Made by a program: the position numbers and the translations under genes
Notes under the pieces: generated by a model
What the model was told of the DNA's origin: nothing
The model's input: the letters and a program-made list of their open reading frames with translations, nothing else
Databases searched by the model: none
In this document: in pieces, positions 37,086 to 46,839 of the stretch
How the letters are laid out: each line of letters begins with the position of its first letter
Numbering within the stretch: the first letter of the stretch is position 1
From: Phycisphaerales bacterium
GTDB lineage: Bacteria; Planctomycetota; Phycisphaerae; Phycisphaerales; SM1A02
Length of the DNA: 64,000 nucleotides
Reading direction: 5' to 3'
Assembly (NCBI GenBank): GCA_029246705.1
Contig: JAQWMQ010000041.1
Location: 142-64,141, forward strand

Positions 37086-38091
37086 GACCGAAGTCACGCT
37101 CGTCATTCCCGCTCGTGATGCAGCAGGCACCATCGATGCCTGCCTCGAGGCGGTCGATCGGGTTCGACTTCGTCCCGGGTCCAGGCTCGTCCGGGTGATC
37201 GTCGTCGACGACGGTTCAAGGGACGATACGCTCGAGAGGGTGCGACGCCATGATGTCGAGATCCTTGAAAGCGGTGGGCGAGGGGCCGGCGCCGCTCGGA
37301 ACATCGGCTGGCGCAAGGCGACCACACCGCTGGTCTGGTTCGTCGACAGTGACTGCGAACCCGAGCCGGAAGCACTCGAGACCCTGCTCGGTCACCTCGA
37401 TGATCCCGAGGTGTCCGGTGTCGGTGGCACCTACGGCATCGAGGATGGAGCGAGTCTGCTGGAGCGGCTCATTCACGAGGAGATCGTCGCTCGTCATGCG
37501 CACATGAAGGCGGATGTCGACTTCCTCGCCACCTACGACGTCCTCTACCGTCGTGATGTCCTCGATGAACTTGGCGGCTTCGACGAACGCTATCTCAAGG
37601 GCCAGGATGCTGAATTCGCCTTCCGGGTTCTTGAAGCCGGTCATCGTCTACGATTCGAGCATGGCTCGGTGGTCGTGCACCACCACGAACAACGGCTCGC
37701 ACGCTACCTGCACATCCAGCGACTCCAGGGCTACTGGCGCGTGGCGCTTCACATTGAACATGCAGGTCATTCCGGGGGTGATTCCTACAGCAGCCTGCTG
37801 GACCATGTCCAACCCTTCCTGCCGGTGCTTGTCATTGCATCGCTGGTGCTCCTGGTGGTGCCCTGGGGATGGACGGTTCCACTTGCGTGCCTGTCGTTGT
37901 TGCTGCTGGTGCAGTTGCCACGCACGATCGAACTCATCAGACGCACCGGTGACCCGGGGATGTTCGCCTTCGTGCTGATGTCGACGGTTCGAGCCTTCTG
38001 GCGCAGTGCCGGACTGGTGCAGGGCGTGTTGGACCGTCTCCTGCGACGTGGACCGATCGCCCCGCAACGCATCGGAAGGTCCGCTGGATGA
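37075..38091 (+). CDS. GT2 glycosyltransferase with C-terminal TM helices
   Basis: VTLVIPARDAAGTI ... VIVVDDGSRDDT ... FVDSDCEP ... then PVLVIASLVLLVVPWGW / LSLLLLVQL helices. 11-nt overlap with the upstream gene. Confidence 0.8.
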   Translation: MMNETEVTLVIPARDAAGTIDACLEAVDRVRLRPGSRLVRVIVVDDGSRDDTLERVRRHDVEILESGGRGAGAARNIGWRKATTPLVWFVDSDCEPEPEALETLLGHLDDPEVSGVGGTYGIEDGASLLERLIHEEIVARHAHMKADVDFLATYDVLYRRDVLDELGGFDERYLKGQDAEFAFRVLEAGHRLRFEHGSVVVHHHEQRLARYLHIQRLQGYWRVALHIEHAGHSGGDSYSSLLDHVQPFLPVLVIASLVLLVVPWGWTVPLACLSLLLLVQLPRTIELIRRTGDPGMFAFVLMSTVRAFWRSAGLVQGVLDRLLRRGPIAPQRIGRSAG

Positions 38092-40712
38092 GCGCCTGGT
38101 TGCCCATCATTCCCTTCTTCTTCTGGGCGTTGTTGCTTTTGCCCGGCCATGCCATAGCGCGTCGTCTGCTTCCGGATGAACTCGAATCGGGTCCGATCGC
38201 GGGGATCGCGGTCTGCGCCTGCGCCGTGATGGGCGTGTTGCTCCCGATCATCGCACTGCTCTACATCGTCGGGTCACCGAGCTGGGTTCTCTCGCTGATC
38301 CTTCTTGTCTCGATCGTCTGGGGTCTGTTCGACAGCATCCGACACGGAAGCTGGAAATCGCTTTCCAAGGTCTTCGCCGGTGTGATCGGCCTGGAGGTCC
38401 TGGTCCTCCTGGTCGACGTGGTCATGTCCGAACGGGTCGGGTCGATTCTCGCCGCAGATGCCAGGGTTCATGTCGCTCGGATCCGCTTTCTCGTCGAGCA
38501 GGGGATATCGAACCAGGATCCCTACGTTCCCGACTCCGCCTTCTATCCGATCTACCACACCAACATGCTTCATGGGCTGATGGCCGGAGCTTGTCGACTG
38601 ACCGGTCTTGATCCACTCATCTTCTGGTTCGGCTCACTCGGGGTCGCCAAGGTCCTGATCGCATCGGGCGTCGCCTACCTGAGCTGGACGATCCTGCCGA
38701 GTCGCTGGGCGACCGCAATCGCCGTGATCTACGTGGTGATCGCTCGTGGCCCCGTGACCTTCAGCATCTACCCGAACCAGCTTGCCCCATGGTTTCTCTT
38801 TCCGGTGGTGATGGCGGTCTGCATCCGGTCTTCGGCCTGGTCGCCTCGGCGTGCCTTCGTGACCGTTCTGGTCGCGGCCCTGCTGCTGGGCTCCTTCCAT
38901 GGTCTCTATGCCGGTTTCAGCCTGGTTCTCGGTTCCGCGGTCCTCGCGGTGATGATCTTCTGGCGTCTGTTGAACAAGTCGCATCGCCTGGAGGCGAGAC
39001 CGTGCGCGGCCGCACTGCTCGGTCTCATGATCGGTGCGTTGATCTATCCCGTTGTTTCCCACGTGACGACGATCAAGCCCGGCCCTCGCCAGATGAAGGC
39101 CGCCGCTGTTCGGGCTGCAGACCAGGAGTCACGGATCCAGAAGATGATGGAGGATTTACGCACCCCTGGGGCATCCGGCGTGGTGGCGGACTTCGGGGTG
39201 GAGGCCGCCGACACGCCTGGGATCGATATGGAGTTCGATTCCATTCGAGATGCGAAACCCGAGGTTGCTGTCGACTACACGTCCGAGCTCACCCTTCAGA
39301 AACCGGAGGTCGTCCTGACCGAGGAGCAGCTCAGGCAGCGTCTCCTGAACTGGCGGCTGCCCAAGTACGACGGGTTCGCCCGAGCTGACGGCATGATCAG
39401 TCGTGAGTTGGGGCGTGGGCAGACCGGGGCGTGGCGAAGCAAGAACATCCGCATACCGGCCTGGCGTCCCATCCTGATCCTGATCGGAATGCTGGTGGCC
39501 GGGTTCCTCCTCAAGCGCACCCAGCCGTTCGAACTGCTGGTCGCCCTCGTTCTGATCCAGGTCATCATGTCAGTGCCGATCCTGTGTACGACCGCCTATC
39601 GATTCCTCGGCGAATTCTGGATGCTGCTTCGCTTCGAGACCCTCTCCGAGGTTCTCTGGATCGTGCTTGCGATTCCTCCCCTGGCAATGGCCATGGAGAA
39701 GTACGTGCGACTTCGCGTCCTCCAGTGCCTGGTGACTCTGTTGCTGCTGCCTATCGGGATTCGACATGCGTATTTCAAGTCGCCCTACAGCTGGGATTTC
39801 TACGCCAACCGCGCAGTTCAGGTCGATCGGATCCGGCACAAGCGGGAACTGCTTCCGCTGCTCAACCTGAGCCGACGACTCACGGCGGCGATTCCCGAAG
39901 GCTCGGTGATCGCAACCCATCCCCATCACGCCGACTACCTGTCGATGTTGGTGGATGCATCCTTCATCGTCTCCGAGCGAAGCAGTTCCGGCGTTCCCCA
40001 GCTCGGCGTTCGAAAGCGCAAGGTCAAGGAGATGCTCTCCTTCGACCTCGAGGAGGAGGATCGCGGCGACTACTTCAACGAATTCGGGATCACCCACGTG
40101 GTGATGGGCGATCGCATGCATGACTGGATACCGATCTGGACTTCCGAGGTCGGTCGCGTCGGTCGATGGAAGATCGCTCCCATCTGGGATCACCCTGACT
40201 TCACCAGGATGGTTCTCAAGGCGATGCGGCGTGGCCTGAAGGCGATGCGTCGTGGTGACTACAGAAGGGCGGTCATTGCTTTCGAGGAAGTGGTCCGTGA
40301 AGAGCCCGACCGTGCCGAGATCTGGTTCCGACTCGGCAACGCGCGGCTGTGGTCGGATGATCCGGGTGGTGCCGCCGATGCCTATGACAAGGTGATCGAG
40401 CTCGATCCGAGCAACGTGAACGCGTGGCTCATGCTCGGCAATGCCTATCAGGATCAAGGAATGATCGACGAGTCGGAGGCGATCTACAGCAAGACGATCG
40501 AGATCGGACAGGAATACGAGGACCTGCCGATTGCAGCCAGCGCCGCCTACAACCTCGCCAACAGCTTCTATCGATCTCGTGCCTGGGAGCAGGCGATCGA
40601 GTTCTACGAGATCGCGATCGCACTGGATCCCTGGCATCGCCACGCGCCTACGTTCCTGGAGGAAGCGCGTATCCAGCTGGGATCGATGTCGGATGATTCG
40701 ACGTCGCCCTGA
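38088..40712 (+). CDS. Large polytopic membrane protein with central soluble region and C-terminal TPR repeats (unknown family; GT-C-like is only a guess)
   Basis: ATGA overlap with the GT2 at 38088-38091. About 9 N-terminal TM helices, with loop AADARVHVARIRFLVEQGISNQDPY. More TM helices near aa 470-560. C-terminal TPRs (YRRAVIAFEEVVREEPDRAEIWFRLGNA..., NVNAWLMLGNAYQDQG...). Confidence 0.65.
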   Translation: MSAWLPIIPFFFWALLLLPGHAIARRLLPDELESGPIAGIAVCACAVMGVLLPIIALLYIVGSPSWVLSLILLVSIVWGLFDSIRHGSWKSLSKVFAGVIGLEVLVLLVDVVMSERVGSILAADARVHVARIRFLVEQGISNQDPYVPDSAFYPIYHTNMLHGLMAGACRLTGLDPLIFWFGSLGVAKVLIASGVAYLSWTILPSRWATAIAVIYVVIARGPVTFSIYPNQLAPWFLFPVVMAVCIRSSAWSPRRAFVTVLVAALLLGSFHGLYAGFSLVLGSAVLAVMIFWRLLNKSHRLEARPCAAALLGLMIGALIYPVVSHVTTIKPGPRQMKAAAVRAADQESRIQKMMEDLRTPGASGVVADFGVEAADTPGIDMEFDSIRDAKPEVAVDYTSELTLQKPEVVLTEEQLRQRLLNWRLPKYDGFARADGMISRELGRGQTGAWRSKNIRIPAWRPILILIGMLVAGFLLKRTQPFELLVALVLIQVIMSVPILCTTAYRFLGEFWMLLRFETLSEVLWIVLAIPPLAMAMEKYVRLRVLQCLVTLLLLPIGIRHAYFKSPYSWDFYANRAVQVDRIRHKRELLPLLNLSRRLTAAIPEGSVIATHPHHADYLSMLVDASFIVSERSSSGVPQLGVRKRKVKEMLSFDLEEEDRGDYFNEFGITHVVMGDRMHDWIPIWTSEVGRVGRWKIAPIWDHPDFTRMVLKAMRRGLKAMRRGDYRRAVIAFEEVVREEPDRAEIWFRLGNARLWSDDPGGAADAYDKVIELDPSNVNAWLMLGNAYQDQGMIDESEAIYSKTIEIGQEYEDLPIAASAAYNLANSFYRSRAWEQAIEFYEIAIALDPWHRHAPTFLEEARIQLGSMSDDSTSP

Positions 40713-40721
40713 TCCTCTCGA

Positions 40722-41657
40722 TCATTCACCGTGTATCGTTCGGTACTCGTCATAGCGTGCCCCGAAGATGCCGCCGACCAGTCCGATCCCTCGTGCCAGA
40801 TCCCAGCCGCAGCAAGCCAGTGCCGTGCTCGGATGGATGAGCCTGGCCACCCCGCGCAACACGCCTCGAACACCGTAGCGCATCGCCAACCAGCTCAGTC
40901 GGATCTTCGTTCCCAACCGCCTGTTCCGGCGGAGTTCCATGTGGGCATCGGTGACGCCGATCCTGTAGCTGCGGGCGAATGCCCAGCGATAGTTCACGCG
41001 TGATTCCGGGTACCACTCCCACGCGATCGCATCGTCCGCCCAGATGATCTGGTGTCCCGCTTCCCTCAGCTTGCGGAAGAGTTGGGTGTCGCTCGCGCCG
41101 GTGTATTGCATCGCTTCATCGAAGCGAAAGTCGGGGTCATCGAACAATCTGGTGCTGGCCAGGACGTTGTGGGTGAATGCCCAGGGGCGTTCCTCCCCGG
41201 TCACGTAGCGGTGGCAACCGTAGATACCGCTGCGTTCCGCCCAGGCGGGTGATGACTCCGGCAGCCTGGGCAGGGCCGGTCCCGTGACGATGTCGGCGCC
41301 GGAGGCGTCACGAACTTTCATCAGCCTCACCAGCCAATCCGTCTCAACGGTCTCGTCATCATCGATGAAGGCCAGGAAATCGGCTCGCGTTCGAGCCTCT
41401 TCGATTGCTCGGTTGCGTGCAAAGGGAATACCCGGCTTCGGCTCGGCGACCCTGTGGACCGGAGATCCGCCAACCGGCGGAAGGGGGTGCTCGGAAGCGG
41501 CATCGGGGTCGTCATTGTCCACCACCACGACTTCCACCAGGCACCCATCAGGAACAACCAGCTCATCAAGTGATGCCAGGGTGCGTGCCAGGCCCTTCGG
41601 CCGCTTCCGCGTGATGATGCAGATCGCGATTCGCGATTGTGTCGTGGAGGTATCCAT
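40722..41657 (-). CDS. GT2 glycosyltransferase (ExoM-like), paralog of 23856..24788
   Basis: IAICIITRKRP ... VVVVDNDDPD ... FLAFIDDDETVETDWL ... GADIVTGP ... C-terminal hydrophobic segments. Confidence 0.8.
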   Translation of the reverse strand: MDTSTTQSRIAICIITRKRPKGLARTLASLDELVVPDGCLVEVVVVDNDDPDAASEHPLPPVGGSPVHRVAEPKPGIPFARNRAIEEARTRADFLAFIDDDETVETDWLVRLMKVRDASGADIVTGPALPRLPESSPAWAERSGIYGCHRYVTGEERPWAFTHNVLASTRLFDDPDFRFDEAMQYTGASDTQLFRKLREAGHQIIWADDAIAWEWYPESRVNYRWAFARSYRIGVTDAHMELRRNRRLGTKIRLSWLAMRYGVRGVLRGVARLIHPSTALACCGWDLARGIGLVGGIFGARYDEYRTIHGE

Positions 41658-41676
41658 TACATGGCTGTGATCGGCA

Positions 41677-43344
41677 TCATGAGGGGGGTTTCACCTCAAA
41701 CTCAACGAGCAATTCACGACGTATCGGCGGATTACCCCAGTCATCGGGGATCGTGGAATACGTGGCCCGATAGAAACGAATCGTTTCACCATCTACCGGC
41801 TCCGATTCCGAAAGCAAGTAGAGCGCCTGGAGCCTTTTCTCGAGGAGTTCCGGGTCCTTGCTCAGGAGGGTTCTTCTCAAGAGCCCGATCCATCGTGCGG
41901 TACGGAACTTCACCCGGACCTCGTCCAGGGTGTTGTTCGTGAGAACTCGACCATCAGCACCGGTGACCTCGAATTCGATCTTGTCGCGTTCCGGTTCGGT
42001 GATCGGATACGAGAATCTCGGGTAGCAGGCGAACGGCCAGCCGTTGTTCTCACCCTTGAACCCGAGGAAGAGCACCGGAACGATGATGATGACGCCCACG
42101 ATCACGGTGGGAAGCGGGGTGGGCCTGCGAAGGGTCTTCCATTGATCGGCATCACTTGATGCCTGCTTGAGGATTCCGATCCGGGTCAGGATGTGGCGCC
42201 AGTCGAAGAGCGAGATGTAACTGAGCTGGAGGCTGTGGAAGGCGATTCGCAGGCCGAATCCCACTGCAGTGTGGAAGCACAGTCCTCCGATTGCCGCAAG
42301 CACCCGCGTGGTTCTCGTGAAGATCAGGAAGATGAACAGGATCTCGAAGACGATCGTCGCGATCCCGCCGAGGGTGACCATGAACTTCGACTCGCTGATC
42401 CAGGGGATCGACGTGGGATTCTCGTGGGTCGACCAGAGGTGGTACATCTGGTAGCGGAGGTGATCACCGAAGATCCAGTCGATGCCGCCACCCCAGAGCT
42501 TCCAGTACCCGGGGAAGAAGTAGATGAGTCCCAGGAGAACCCAGATGATGCGCAGTGGCAGTGCATATGCGATCGCTTGACCGGGCGTGGGGCGACCGCG
42601 CATTCTCCTGAGCAGTGCATCGACGGAAAGGGCGTCTCCGCACCTGGAGGATGCGAGTACCGCAGCGAACCAGACCAGGTGGTGGTTGTGATTGACCTTG
42701 CCGAACATCTGGGGGATGCCGAAGACGTACAACGCGAGAACGGTCGCGAGGATCGTGGTCAGTCGCGTGAACAGGCCGACCATCGCGAAGAGGCAGCACG
42801 TCTTGAAGATCACCAGGATGACAGTGGCCAGTTCCGGGCTGGCGGGCATTCGTGCAAGCGCCGGGCCCAGTCCGACCGGTGGGAAATGCAGGGTTGCCGG
42901 AAGGCTGCTGTAGTGGGGGAGTTCCTCCTTGCCGACGAAGAAGAACATCATTCCGAAGACGACGAAGCGGAAGACTCCGATGTTGAACGGAGTGTCCTTC
43001 TCGGTGAAGAATCCTCGCAAGAGACCTGCAAATCGCTCTCGATGTCGCCAGGCGAGCCAGCATCCCAGGCCGGCGAGGAAGACGACGCCGAATCTGGTGG
43101 CGAGGGTTCGCCCCATCCAGTGCAGGTGTTCGAGGTCGTAGAGTTCCGGGTCGGAGGCGACCCTGCCTGCAACGGCGCTGTTCGCCCACCCCAGACTCGA
43201 GGTTCCGTTCCAGGCCGCATCGATCGTCGGTGCAACGAGGACCGGGTAGAGCAGTAGTTCCACTGCAATCACGGTGATGAATAGGATGAACCCGATTGCG
43301 AGGTCACGTTTCATCGATGATTGTTTCGAGTTCATCGTGAACAT
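41677..43344 (-). CDS. HTTM-like (vitamin-K-dependent gamma-carboxylase-type) polytopic membrane protein with extra C-terminal domain
   Basis: FNIGVFRFVVFGMMFFFV resembles the HTTM opening (x-FR-x-x-FG). About 10 TM helices, then a ~110-aa soluble tail. Start uncertain (ATGs at 43452, 43344, 43335, 43314); 43452 would overlap the divergent sulfotransferase gene. Confidence 0.5.
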   Translation of the reverse strand: MFTMNSKQSSMKRDLAIGFILFITVIAVELLLYPVLVAPTIDAAWNGTSSLGWANSAVAGRVASDPELYDLEHLHWMGRTLATRFGVVFLAGLGCWLAWRHRERFAGLLRGFFTEKDTPFNIGVFRFVVFGMMFFFVGKEELPHYSSLPATLHFPPVGLGPALARMPASPELATVILVIFKTCCLFAMVGLFTRLTTILATVLALYVFGIPQMFGKVNHNHHLVWFAAVLASSRCGDALSVDALLRRMRGRPTPGQAIAYALPLRIIWVLLGLIYFFPGYWKLWGGGIDWIFGDHLRYQMYHLWSTHENPTSIPWISESKFMVTLGGIATIVFEILFIFLIFTRTTRVLAAIGGLCFHTAVGFGLRIAFHSLQLSYISLFDWRHILTRIGILKQASSDADQWKTLRRPTPLPTVIVGVIIIVPVLFLGFKGENNGWPFACYPRFSYPITEPERDKIEFEVTGADGRVLTNNTLDEVRVKFRTARWIGLLRRTLLSKDPELLEKRLQALYLLSESEPVDGETIRFYRATYSTIPDDWGNPPIRRELLVEFEVKPPS

Positions 43345-43426
43345 CCTCGGCCGAGTAGGCTCACTTTCTCCAGATTCATTTTTCGTGCCCTTCGAGTATC
43401 GGTGATCTGCGGTACCGTATCTTCCG

Positions 43427-44107
43427 ATGCCACGCCCTTTCGTGATACTCATGACCGGCCGAACCGGAAGCAGTTACCTGGTGAGTGCCCTGCAGTCCCA
43501 TCCCCGGGCGATGGTCGTTGGTGAGCGCCTGGTGGGGCTTTCCGAAGCAAGTGAACAACTGGCATGGATCGAACGGTTCTACCGACGCTGGCGATTCCGG
43601 ATCAAGTCGGTCGGTTTCAAGACCAAGCTCAAGGATGTGGTTGATCGCGATGCGCTCGCCGAGGTTCTTCTTCGGCATGAAGCCAGGGTGATCATGGTGT
43701 TGCGCAGGGACGCCCTGCGGCAGGCGATCTCCGTGATTCGCGCCCGGGAACTCAAGGCCGCTCACGGCGTCTGGAATCAGACCGTGAACACTCCGGACCT
43801 GGAGCCTTCGTTGGTCGATCTTGCGGATCTTGATGCAGTGCTTGCCGACGTCTCCGATCGAAACCTCGAACTCGACCACTTTGCATCCACGCTCGATCTG
43901 CCCAGGCACGTGGTTCATTACGAGGAACTCCTTGCCGATCCGACGGGTACCCTCGGTGCGGTTCAGGATTTCCTCGGACTTCGGCGACGTGCCTTGACCG
44001 CTTCGACCAGGAAGAACACTGCCGACGAGCTGGAGCTCACCATCCGCAACTACGACGAGATGCGCGAGCATCTCGTGGGGACCGAGTACGAGCGCTTCCT
44101 TGCCTGA
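43427..44107 (+). CDS. Sulfotransferase (Stf0-like)
   Basis: MPRPFVILMTGRTGSSYLVSAL (P-loop-like PAPS site at the extreme N-terminus) and RVIMVLRRDALRQAIS, as in Stf0-type enzymes. Confidence 0.7.
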   Translation: MPRPFVILMTGRTGSSYLVSALQSHPRAMVVGERLVGLSEASEQLAWIERFYRRWRFRIKSVGFKTKLKDVVDRDALAEVLLRHEARVIMVLRRDALRQAISVIRARELKAAHGVWNQTVNTPDLEPSLVDLADLDAVLADVSDRNLELDHFASTLDLPRHVVHYEELLADPTGTLGAVQDFLGLRRRALTASTRKNTADELELTIRNYDEMREHLVGTEYERFLA

Positions 44108-44115
44108 TGCGGTTT

Positions 44116-45000
44116 TCAGGAACCCTGCCACAGCTTGAGCACTCGTCGCCATCGCTCCCTGCGCCTGAGAGACCTGTTCAGCAGGAGTTGGGATTCAAGG
44201 ATCGATGACAGCTGGGCGTTTCGGATGTCATGTGAAGACAGGTGGTTCCTGAGCCACTTCAGGAAGCGATGCCGGTAGTACGCATTGTTCGATCGCTTGA
44301 ACGAACCTGCAACACAGGAACCATCATGCTGGCGGTACCTGATCCAGGTCCTCGCGTCGATGTAGACGCTCTTTTCAAGAAACAGCTTCGCGAGGAAGAC
44401 CTGGTCCTCGTACATCCCCTTGAATGCCTGTTCGTATCCTCCGACGTCCAGGTAGGCGCTTCTGCGCATCATGGGTGAGATGGGGACGCTGCTGCTGTTG
44501 GAAAGGAAGAGTGCGGTGATTCCGGGAGGGGCTGCGATTCGGTCGAGATCGAGGCCCATGAACTGTGCTTGAGCCTCTTGAGTGCCTTTCTTCCCCTGGT
44601 CATCGGTCCAGAAACGCTGGTTCGGTCCGAAGGTCGCCATGGCTTCCGGGTGGTCATCCAGCCTTTGCACCATCTGCGTCAGCGCCGAAGGCGTCATGAG
44701 ATCATCGTGGTCGAGGAAGATGATCAGCGGGCTGGAGCAGGATTCGACCCCCAGCTTTCGCGTCGCACTCATGCCATGATTCCTGCCGTCGGGATGGCTC
44801 ATGCACCGGATGTGGTTCGGATGCTCCCTGATCATGGATTCCACGATGCCGACGGTGTCGTCGGTCGAACCGTCATCGACCACCAGCAGTTCGTAGTCAT
44901 CGAAATCCTGATCTAGAACGCTCCTGATGCTCTCTTCGATCAGGAGACTTCCGTTGTGGACGATCATGATGATCGTCACCTTCGCAGGAGGTGAACTCAT
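44116..45000 (-). CDS. GT2 glycosyltransferase
   Basis: VTIIMIVHNGSLLIEESIRSVLDQDFDDYELLVVDDGSTDDT ... IIFLDHDDL. ATGA overlap with the upstream sulfotransferase stop (44997-45000). The track ORF extension to 45816 is antisense noise. Confidence 0.85.
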   Translation of the reverse strand: MSSPPAKVTIIMIVHNGSLLIEESIRSVLDQDFDDYELLVVDDGSTDDTVGIVESMIREHPNHIRCMSHPDGRNHGMSATRKLGVESCSSPLIIFLDHDDLMTPSALTQMVQRLDDHPEAMATFGPNQRFWTDDQGKKGTQEAQAQFMGLDLDRIAAPPGITALFLSNSSSVPISPMMRRSAYLDVGGYEQAFKGMYEDQVFLAKLFLEKSVYIDARTWIRYRQHDGSCVAGSFKRSNNAYYRHRFLKWLRNHLSSHDIRNAQLSSILESQLLLNRSLRRRERWRRVLKLWQGS

Positions 45001-45911
45001 TCGTTCGCCGATCCATCCAGGCTTCCATCCCGGTGGTAGCCGAGTCGCTCCATCAGTTCCCCGGTCTCGCGCCAGACGACACGCGACTGGCGTCTCCCCA
45101 GTTCCTTCCGCCAGCCGTCGGTGCTGCCGGTTCGGACGAAACCATCGGGTTCCTCGACGGTCCTGTTCGAGAGTTCCCCTCCCAACACATACCCGTTCTC
45201 CTGAGGTCGTTCGCTGGTCGCCTCTGCGATGCCACGCACCGTGCGTTCGAGTTCCTCCGTGGAGGCATCCACCCCGGCGAAGGACATCGCCCGGGCAAGT
45301 ACTGCCTGGGGATCTGCCCTGAGGTGCTCGAAGTGGAGTCGCAGGTAGTTTTCGGGGGCGAGTGCTTCGGAGGCGGATTCCGCCTCCTCCACGAAGGTCT
45401 TCCAGATGCGCGCGGCCACCCTCGCATTCCCGGTCGCCCATTCCCGTCCCCATCCATCCCGGTATGCAGCAAGAAGCGATGCAGTGACCGCCCTGCTGTC
45501 TCGGACGAGGTGGATGATTCTCGCTTGTGGCAGGACCTGGGAGATCACGTCCAGGTGTCGCGCGTGGTCCGGCGTCTTCTCGACGAGTCGAATGGCCTCC
45601 GGCCGTCCGGTGATCGCGGGCTGCATGGTGCGCGTCCACAGCGCACGGAGTTCCTCGAGAAGCTCCTCCCTGGTCCAGGCGCATGCCAGTCCATGTGGTC
45701 GCTGCATGCCGAGCTTGCGATCGAAGTCCCTGAGGACTCCCGCGAATGAGTCGAAGAAATGACTCTCCTGCCCACCACAGAATCGATCGTCGGCCAGGAG
45801 AAGCCGATGAAGCCACGTCGTACCACTGCGGGGGGCGCCGACGATCAGTATCGGATCCTGCTGGGCGAGTTGTTTCGTCCTGACCGGTCCACCATCGGAT
45901 GTTTCATCCAT
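44997..45911 (-). CDS. Sulfotransferase-family protein
   Basis: ILIVGAPRSGTTWLHRLL (5'-PSB loop) and RIIHLVRDSRAVTASL (3'-PB). ATG at 45911; the track start 45929 is a TTG. Confidence 0.8.
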   Translation of the reverse strand: MDETSDGGPVRTKQLAQQDPILIVGAPRSGTTWLHRLLLADDRFCGGQESHFFDSFAGVLRDFDRKLGMQRPHGLACAWTREELLEELRALWTRTMQPAITGRPEAIRLVEKTPDHARHLDVISQVLPQARIIHLVRDSRAVTASLLAAYRDGWGREWATGNARVAARIWKTFVEEAESASEALAPENYLRLHFEHLRADPQAVLARAMSFAGVDASTEELERTVRGIAEATSERPQENGYVLGGELSNRTVEEPDGFVRTGSTDGWRKELGRRQSRVVWRETGELMERLGYHRDGSLDGSANE

Positions 45912-45925
45912 GTCGTGTTCCAATC

Positions 45926-46798
45926 TCAATGAGGCCAGGGCAGTTGCATGTCCAGCAGTTGGGAGAGATCGCGATTCGAGTCGCCGTAGATCAATCGGAG
46001 TTCGCGTTGCATCTTCTCCGAAATCGGTGCTCCGGTCACACCGGGATTCCGATGCTCGAACGCCTCCGGCCTGCCCTGGGGAAGACCCAGGAACGCTTCG
46101 ATCCTGGGAAGCACCTCACCGGGCGACGCGAAGAGATGTTCCGAGATCTCCACATGGATGCGATCCTGTCCCAGCGCCTGCTGCCAGCGGCGTATCTGTG
46201 GTGCATAGTGCCCCCTGGCGACATAGGAGTGGTGACGGAGGTGGTGGCTGGTGGCGGAGGGGTCAGCAAGGAGTCGCTCCGCTTCACCTGCGGTTCGCTC
46301 CTTCTCGGCCGCGATCGCGGCTTCGAAATCGAGGTCCTCGAGACCCAGTCGCACGCAATGACGATGATGGGAATACGCCCGTGCCACGGGGTCACGCAGG
46401 AGGATCACGATCCTGGGGTTTTCGAGAACGCTCGCCGCTTCCGTCGCGGCACGAGGGTGGAACAGGTCGTACGGCGTGCCTTCTCCGAGGAGGATCCTCC
46501 GACCGGCAGCCTTTTCCATCGAACGTCTCTTCCATCTGGTCGGGAAGAACGCCCGATAGCTGCTGATCGGTCGGCGTGGCCCGCTGAGGAAGTTGCATTC
46601 CTTGCATCGAGCGATCCAGGCGCCCGGGTTGTGATCGAGGTAGGTGGTCAGGGATGTGGTTCCCGCCTTCTGCGCACCGATCACGAGGAAATCCGGCAAG
46701 CAACGGAACGGACCGAGAAGTCGATGGCTCCACGGCGACGGGGGTGTTTCCTCCGGCCTCTGATTCCGGATCGATTGCATCGACGGGTGATCGTTCAT
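45926..46798 (-). CDS. Sulfotransferase-family protein (heparan-sulfate-sulfotransferase-like motif set)
   Basis: DFLVIGAQKAGTTSLTTYL and IVILLRDPVARAYSHH reproduce the K-x-GTT-x-L / RDP-x-x-R-x-x-S pattern. Confidence 0.8.
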   Translation of the reverse strand: MNDHPSMQSIRNQRPEETPPSPWSHRLLGPFRCLPDFLVIGAQKAGTTSLTTYLDHNPGAWIARCKECNFLSGPRRPISSYRAFFPTRWKRRSMEKAAGRRILLGEGTPYDLFHPRAATEAASVLENPRIVILLRDPVARAYSHHRHCVRLGLEDLDFEAAIAAEKERTAGEAERLLADPSATSHHLRHHSYVARGHYAPQIRRWQQALGQDRIHVEISEHLFASPGEVLPRIEAFLGLPQGRPEAFEHRNPGVTGAPISEKMQRELRLIYGDSNRDLSQLLDMQLPWPH

Positions 46799-46839
46799 GG
46801 TCAGAGCATATTCTACGAGGTGTCGAGTATGCTGAAGTC

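Noticed and set aside
43392-43399. Octamer TCGAGTAT shared by the divergent regions at 43392-43399 and 46823-46830
   Set aside because: A single shared 8-mer between two short regions is roughly expected by chance (order 0.1). The distance to the downstream ATG differs (27 versus 9 nt), and it is absent from the 35.1-kb divergent region.
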